From Candidatus Eiseniibacteriota bacterium (GTDB lineage: Bacteria; Eisenbacteria; RBG-16-71-46): DNA of 20,955 bases. The stretch lies in the NCBI GenBank assembly GCA_044222065.1, contig JBGAOA010000071.1:1-20955 (forward strand), read 5' to 3'. Both the position numbers and the translations under genes were made by a program. Under the pieces are notes generated by a model. It did no database searches. It was not told the origin of the DNA and saw nothing but the letters and a program-made list of their open reading frames with translations. Of the stretch, positions 19,743 through 20,955 are shown one piece after another. The first letter of the stretch is position 1. Every line of letters starts with the position of its first letter.

Positions 19743-20357
19743 TCACGATCCCCCGGTCGGTCTGGGAACGATGGGTCGCGGCTTGACGAGGATCTCGCCG
19801 AGGCGAGCGTACTCGTCTCCCCCGAGCCGCGCGACGGGATTCAGCGCCTGGATGAGCACCCGGCCGTCCTCGATCACGGAATCGTCGGCGTGGACGAGCA
19901 CGATGCGGCCGACCACGAACGACGCGTCGCCGAGCGGCACTTCCTGGTGGACGACGCACTCGAAGGCGAGCGGGCACTCGGCGACGCGCGGCGCCCGCAC
20001 GCGCACGCTCGGAACGGGCGTGAGGCCCGCGACGTCGAACTCGCTCGTCTCGTGCGGCCAGTCGCCGCTCGCTTCGACCATGCGCTCCCAGATCGCGGCC
20101 GGCACGACGTTCACGACGAATTCGCCGGTCTCGCGCACGTTGCGCAGCGTGTCCTTGGGCGCGCCCTCGCGGTGGAGGATCGAGACGCCGAGGAGCGGCG
20201 GCTTGCTCGTGATGCCCGTGAAGAACGAGAACGGCGCGACGTTCGTGCGGCCGTCCGCGTCCACGGTCGAGACGAACGCGATCGGGCGCGGCACGATGCC
20301 GGACACCATGAGCTTGTAGACGTCGCGGCGCGGGGCGTTCTCGGGGTCGAGCTGCAT
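19743..20357 (-). CDS. Flavin reductase-like FMN-binding protein (DIM6/NTAB family)
   Basis: IVPRPIAFVSTV...NVAPFSFF, KDTLRNVRETGEFVVN, SEF...GLT..PS..V..PRVAECP, VARLGG; start ATG 20357. Confidence 0.92.
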   Translation of the reverse strand: MQLDPENAPRRDVYKLMVSGIVPRPIAFVSTVDADGRTNVAPFSFFTGITSKPPLLGVSILHREGAPKDTLRNVRETGEFVVNVVPAAIWERMVEASGDWPHETSEFDVAGLTPVPSVRVRAPRVAECPLAFECVVHQEVPLGDASFVVGRIVLVHADDSVIEDGRVLIQALNPVARLGGDEYARLGEILVKPRPIVPRPTGGS

Positions 20358-20364
20358 GCGCGGC

Positions 20365-20370
20365 AGTCTA
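20365..20370 (-). promoter_or_regulatory. Putative -10 element for a leaderless flavin reductase transcript
   Basis: TAGACT-GCCGCGC-ATG; no SD present. Confidence 0.5.
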
Positions 20371-20434
20371 GTCGCGCGCGGCAGCGGCACGCGAGCGGAC
20401 CGTGGCGGGGGCGCGCACGGAACGCCGGCTCGGA

Positions 20435-20955
20435 CTACTTCCCCGCCGCGGCGAGCTGTTGCTGCGCCGACACGAGGCCGGCGTCGTTCGGCACCGCGGC
20501 GAGTCCGCGTGCGACCGCATCGCGCGCGCCGGCGAGGTCGCCGGCCTGGCTCCGCACCTGCGCTTCGAGCAGGTAGGCCTGCGCGAGCGCCGGGCTCAGC
20601 CGCTGCGCTTCTCGGAAGTGCGTCGCGGCCGTGGCCCAGCGCTGGCGCGACAGGTCCACGATGCCGCTCACCATGGCGATGTCGATGAGCGTCTGCGGCT
20701 CGTGCGCCGCGGCGCGAGCGCGCGCGAGCGCCTCGTCGGCGCGCGCGTAGTCGCCGGCGTCGCGGAAGCGCTCGGCCAGCATCGTCCACGCGATGCCGTA
20801 GCTCGGGTCGATCGCCGCCGCGCGCTGGAGTTCGCCGCGTCCCGCCTCTTCGTTGCCGGTCGCGAGCAGCTCCTTCGCGTGCTCGACCACGGCGAGTGCC
20901 TCGCGGCGCCGGTCGGCGGCGCCGACCGCCGCATCGAGCCGGTCGGCGAGCGCGG
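20435..20955 (-). CDS. TPR-containing protein, C-terminal part (5' end outside window)
   Basis: Frame open to the window edge; TPR motifs LQRAAAIDPSYGIAWTMLA, FREAQRLSPALAQAYLLEA, ARGLAAVPND. Confidence 0.8.
   Translation of the reverse strand, partial: ALADRLDAAVGAADRRREALAVVEHAKELLATGNEEAGRGELQRAAAIDPSYGIAWTMLAERFRDAGDYARADEALARARAAAHEPQTLIDIAMVSGIVDLSRQRWATAATHFREAQRLSPALAQAYLLEAQVRSQAGDLAGARDAVARGLAAVPNDAGLVSAQQQLAAAGK

Overview
Very GC-rich bacterial chromosomal window. A diderm host is implied by lipoproteins, a TonB C-terminal protein and an outer-membrane beta-barrel; gene style is reminiscent of Ca. Eisenbacteria/FCB-related lineages, which is inference only. The left part holds a minus-strand pyrimidine operon, pyrB-pyrC-carA-carB, translationally coupled to a TPR lipoprotein gene and headed by a PyrR-binding-site-like hairpin that overlaps the pyrB Shine-Dalgarno. 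An HNH endonuclease gene (DUF222/13E12-like N-terminus) runs divergently from the operon, preceded by about 500 nt of hairpin-rich non-coding DNA. The middle and right parts encode a small zinc-ribbon protein, a DipZ-like thioredoxin-fold lipoprotein lacking CxxC, a TonB-C protein, two GT-C-type membrane glycosyltransferase candidates, moaA, a DinB protein, murB, a B3/pseudobarrel-like small protein, an OMP beta-barrel, a flavin reductase-family protein and a partial TPR protein. The best-supported hidden feature, missed by the ORF track, is a 74-aa SelW/SelT/SelH (Rdx) selenoprotein gene at 16652-16876 with an in-frame UGA in a CxxU motif followed by an fdhF-like bacterial SECIS hairpin.
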